49,504 nucleotides of DNA from Paracoccaceae bacterium (GTDB lineage: Bacteria > Pseudomonadota > Alphaproteobacteria > Rhodobacterales > Rhodobacteraceae): contig JBBAGE010000001.1 in assembly GCA_041655055.1 (NCBI GenBank), positions 1-49,504 on the forward strand. Reading direction: 5' to 3'. How positions within the stretch are numbered: the stretch's first letter is position 1; the number at the start of each line of letters is the position of its first letter. The notes under the pieces are model-generated. The model had not been told where the DNA came from, made no database searches, and worked only from the letters and a program-made list of their open reading frames with translations. The position numbers and the translations under genes are program-made. Shown here in pieces: positions 46,545 through 49,504 of the stretch.

Positions 46545-47813
46545 ATGGATTCGATCATGATTCGGGGCGGCGGGCCGCTGCAGGGTGAAATTCCGATTGC
46601 CGGGGCAAAAAACGCCTGTCTTACCCTGATGCCTGCCACGCTGCTCAGTGACGAGCCGCTGACCCTGACCAATGCCCCGAGGCTAAGCGATATTGCCACG
46701 ATGTCGGCGCTTTTGGCGTCACTAGGGGCCGAGGTCACGACATTGCAGGGCGGGCAGGTGCTGGCGATGTCGAGCCATGATCTGACCAATCACACCGCCG
46801 ATTATGAAATCGTGCGCAAGATGCGGGCCTCGATCCTTGTGCTGGGGCCGATGCTGGCGCGCGACGGGCATGCGATCGTGTCGCTGCCCGGCGGCTGTGC
46901 GATTGGGGCGCGGCCGGTCGATCTGCATTTGCGCGCGCTTGAGGCCATGGGCGCCGAACTGGAGCTGCGCGATGGTTATGTCCATGCGCGCGCGCCGCGC
47001 GGCGGCCTGCGCGGCGGGGTGGTGGACTTTCCGCTGGTATCCGTCGGGGCCACGGAAAATGCGCTGATGGCGGCAACGCTGGCCCGCGGAACCACGGTGC
47101 TGAAAGGGGCCGCGCGCGAACCCGAAATCGTCGATCTGGCGCATTGTCTGCGCAAGATGGGCGCCCAGATCGAGGGCGAGGGCACATCCACCATCACCAT
47201 TCAGGGCGTAGACCGGCTGCACGGTGCAACCCATCCGGTCGTGGCGGATCGGATTGAACTTGGCACCTATATGCTGGCGCCCGCAATTTGTGGCGGCGCG
47301 GTGGAATGTGTCGGCGGGCGGCTGGATCTGGTCACGGCCTTTGCCGAGAAACTGGATGAGGCCGGGATCAGCGTCGAAGAAACCGCGCGCGGGGTAAAAG
47401 TGGCGCGCAATAACGGCCGCGTGCGCGCAGTGGATGTGGTGACCGCGCCTTTTCCCGGCTTTCCCACCGATCTGCAGGCGCAGATGATGGCGCTTTTGTG
47501 CACTGCCGACGGGGTCAGCGTGCTGGAAGAGCGGATCTTTGAAAATCGCTTCATGCACGCGCCCGAACTGGTGCGGATGGGGGCACAGATCGATGTGCAT
47601 GGCGGCACGGCCACGGTGACCGGTGTGCCCCGGCTAAAGGGCGCGCCGGTGATGGCCACCGATCTGCGCGCCAGTATTTCGCTTATTCTGGCCGGCCTGG
47701 CCGCCGAGGGCGAGACAATCGTCAGCCGCGTCTATCATCTTGACCGCGGCTATGAGAAAGTCGAAGAAAAGCTGGGCGCTGTGGGCGCGCATATCGAAAG
47801 GATCAAGGGCTAG
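46545..47813 (+). CDS. murA: UDP-N-acetylglucosamine 1-carboxyvinyltransferase
   Basis: [24 protein letters not shown], the active-site loop [14 protein letters not shown] (Cys present), and [11 protein letters not shown]. Confidence 0.95.
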   Translation: MDSIMIRGGGPLQGEIPIAGAKNACLTLMPATLLSDEPLTLTNAPRLSDIATMSALLASLGAEVTTLQGGQVLAMSSHDLTNHTADYEIVRKMRASILVLGPMLARDGHAIVSLPGGCAIGARPVDLHLRALEAMGAELELRDGYVHARAPRGGLRGGVVDFPLVSVGATENALMAATLARGTTVLKGAAREPEIVDLAHCLRKMGAQIEGEGTSTITIQGVDRLHGATHPVVADRIELGTYMLAPAICGGAVECVGGRLDLVTAFAEKLDEAGISVEETARGVKVARNNGRVRAVDVVTAPFPGFPTDLQAQMMALLCTADGVSVLEERIFENRFMHAPELVRMGAQIDVHGGTATVTGVPRLKGAPVMATDLRASISLILAGLAAEGETIVSRVYHLDRGYEKVEEKLGAVGAHIERIKG

Positions 47814-47816
47814 ACC

Positions 47817-48299
47817 ATGACCGACAGGGATGCACGTTTCGAAGATGGCGGCGAACGGCCGCTTTATCTCAAGGCTCGCGATGCCGATGATCTGGCGGTA
47901 ATTTCGGCGCTGGTGCAGGATTCGGTGCTGCCGGTGCCCGAAATGCGCTATGACCGGGCGCAGCGCCGCTTTGGCATGCTGGTGAACCGGTTTCGCTGGG
48001 AAGATGTCGATAGCGCCCTTGCGCGCAAGCGCCCGGTCGAGCGGGTGCAGGCGGTGCTGGTGATCGATGATGTGCAAGGCGTCGCCAGCCAGGGGTTCGA
48101 GCGTGGCGATCCCGATCTGATCCTGTCGGTTCTGACGCTTGGCTTTGAACCCGGCGAAGATGGGGCCGGGCGGCTGATCATCACGCTGGCGGGTGACGGC
48201 GCCATCGCGCTTGAGGTAGAGGCGCTGGAAGTCTCGCTCAAAGACGTGACCCGCCCCTATGTCGCGCCCTCGCGCAAGATGCCGCAGCATCGGGACTAG
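47817..48299 (+). CDS. DUF2948-family protein
   Basis: 160 aa. The LYLKARDADDLAVISALVQDSV...RRFGMLVNRFRWED pattern and the conserved murA-DUF2948-hisD position in alphaproteobacteria are both recalled from memory. Confidence 0.7.
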   Translation: MTDRDARFEDGGERPLYLKARDADDLAVISALVQDSVLPVPEMRYDRAQRRFGMLVNRFRWEDVDSALARKRPVERVQAVLVIDDVQGVASQGFERGDPDLILSVLTLGFEPGEDGAGRLIITLAGDGAIALEVEALEVSLKDVTRPYVAPSRKMPQHRD

Positions 48300-48510
48300 G
48301 CCAGGGGCGCAGGGACAGGCTGCGGGGATGAAATCGCGCGCCTTGACCGACGCATGCCCATGCGCTCGCGGGATCGCCATGGTGCGGTCCGGGGAATTTT
48401 CGACAATGTTTCAACGTTTCAACCCCGACGCCTTCGGTCTGGCGTGGTTCGCGCAGGGCGCTTGAGCCTTGGCCGCCCTGCCGTTATGTGAGAAGGGGCA
48501 AGGAGTCGCC

Positions 48511-49504
48511 ATGCCGCACTATCTTTCGACCACAGAACCAGATTTTGACGCCCGTTTCACCGCGCTTTTGAGGATGAAGCGCGAAGACGCCCCTGATGTC
48601 GATCAGGCGGTGGCAGATATTATTGCCGATGTCCGCGCACGCGGGGATGGCGCGCTGATCGATCTGACCGCGCGTTTTGACCGGCTGGAACTGAGCGCCG
48701 ACAGGTTGGCGTTTTCACCGGCTGATATCGACGCCGCCTGCGCGCAGGTGGACGGCGAAGATCGTGCCGCGCTGGAACTGGCGGCAGATCGCATCCGCGC
48801 CTATCACGCGCGTCAATTACCCCGTGATGAAAGCTGGACGGATGAAGCGGGGGCCACGCTTGGCTGGCGCTGGGGGCCGGTATCGGCGGCGGGGCTTTAT
48901 GTGCCGGGTGGTCTGGCGTCATATCCCTCGTCGGTGCTGATGAATGCGATCCCGGCCAAGGTGGCCGGTGTCGGGCGGCTGGCGATCACCGTGCCCACGC
49001 CCGATGGCGTGATCAACCCGCTGGTGTTGATGGCCGCGCGCATCGCCGGGGTGGATGAGATTTACCGCATCGGCGGCGCGCAGGCGATTGCGGCGCTGGC
49101 CTATGGCACCGAAACGATTGCGCCGGTGGACAAGATCACCGGGCCGGGCAATGCCTATGTTGCCGCCGCCAAACGCCGCGTGTTCGGCAAGGTGGGCATC
49201 GACATGATCGCGGGCCCTTCGGAAATTCTGGTGATTGCGGATGGCGATAATGATCCCGACTGGATCGCGCTCGATCTGTTGTCGCAGGCCGAACATGATG
49301 AAAGCGCGCAGTCGATCCTGATCACCACGGATGCCGGTTTCGCCGCCCGGGTCGAGGCCGCGATCGATGCGCGGCTGACCACACTTGAACGGCGCGCGAT
49401 TGCCGGGGCAAGCTGGCGCGATAACGGCGCGGTGATCATTGCGCGCGATCTGGCCGAGGCGGCGATGCTGTCCGACCGCATCGCCCCCGAGCATCTGGAA
49501 CTTT
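48511..49504 (+). CDS. hisD: Histidinol dehydrogenase, N-terminal about 331 codons (runs off the window end)
   Basis: It is not in the ORF track because there is no stop in the window. My translation from ATG 48511 (RBS aaggag) gives MPHYLSTTEPDFDARF...LYVPGGLASYPSSVLMNAIPAKVAGV...IGGAQAIAALAYGTE...KITGPGNAYVAAAKR...IAGPSEILVIAD...LLSQAEHDE. Confidence 0.9.
   Translation, partial: MPHYLSTTEPDFDARFTALLRMKREDAPDVDQAVADIIADVRARGDGALIDLTARFDRLELSADRLAFSPADIDAACAQVDGEDRAALELAADRIRAYHARQLPRDESWTDEAGATLGWRWGPVSAAGLYVPGGLASYPSSVLMNAIPAKVAGVGRLAITVPTPDGVINPLVLMAARIAGVDEIYRIGGAQAIAALAYGTETIAPVDKITGPGNAYVAAAKRRVFGKVGIDMIAGPSEILVIADGDNDPDWIALDLLSQAEHDESAQSILITTDAGFAARVEAAIDARLTTLERRAIAGASWRDNGAVIIARDLAEAAMLSDRIAPEHLEL

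Noticed and set aside
48327-48465. 45-codon ORF (MKSRALTDACPCARGIAMVRSGEFSTMFQRFNPDAFGLAWFAQGA) and a gtttcaac tandem octamer (48408-48423) between the DUF2948 gene and hisD
   Set aside because: It has no RBS, no recognisable family and an unconvincing composition. The octamer duplication is too short to interpret. I treat this as the hisD promoter/leader region.

Overview
High-GC alphaproteobacterial chromosome segment. Gene content and order look Rhodobacterales-like: gcrA, argD-argF, rpmB, lepA, glyA, pyrD, maeB, prpE, meaB, hrpB and murA-DUF2948-hisD. I support about 45 protein genes (both ends truncated: rimO at the 5' edge, hisD at the 3' edge) and two tRNAs, Gly-UCC (+) and Thr-GGU (-). 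Most of the window is ordinary housekeeping DNA. I saw no CRISPR array, no transposase, integrase or phage genes, no rRNA, and no recognisable defence-system genes. The many long ORFs antisense to real genes are high-GC shadow ORFs and were rejected. Four loci look accessory or unusual. (1) 29.7-36.2 kb holds a CoA-dependent operon: a single-chain tandem class-III (CaiB-like) CoA-transferase, a canonical crotonase, and a thiolase-fold protein that by eye lacks the thiolase Cys/His residues and carries a DUF35-like OB fold. A MarR regulator and an MFS pump follow, and a 686-bp non-coding region precedes it. This is my best candidate for an undescribed system, a hydratase/retro-aldolase-type catabolic module. 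(2) 40.2-43.2 kb is a clearly lower-GC three-gene glycosylation cassette: a polytopic GT-C-like membrane protein, a GtrB-like GT2 and a GtrA-like flippase. It sits inside a segment bracketed by the 3' ends of the two tRNAs. (3) 17.9-19.3 kb encodes an NtrC-family regulator in which the receiver, Walker B and GAFTGA signatures all appear degenerate. (4) 23.7-25.5 kb is a divergent pair: a membrane protein with an M48-like domain lacking HExxH, and a sulfotransferase. All functional calls rest on motif recognition by eye. No database search was possible, so novelty cannot be established here.
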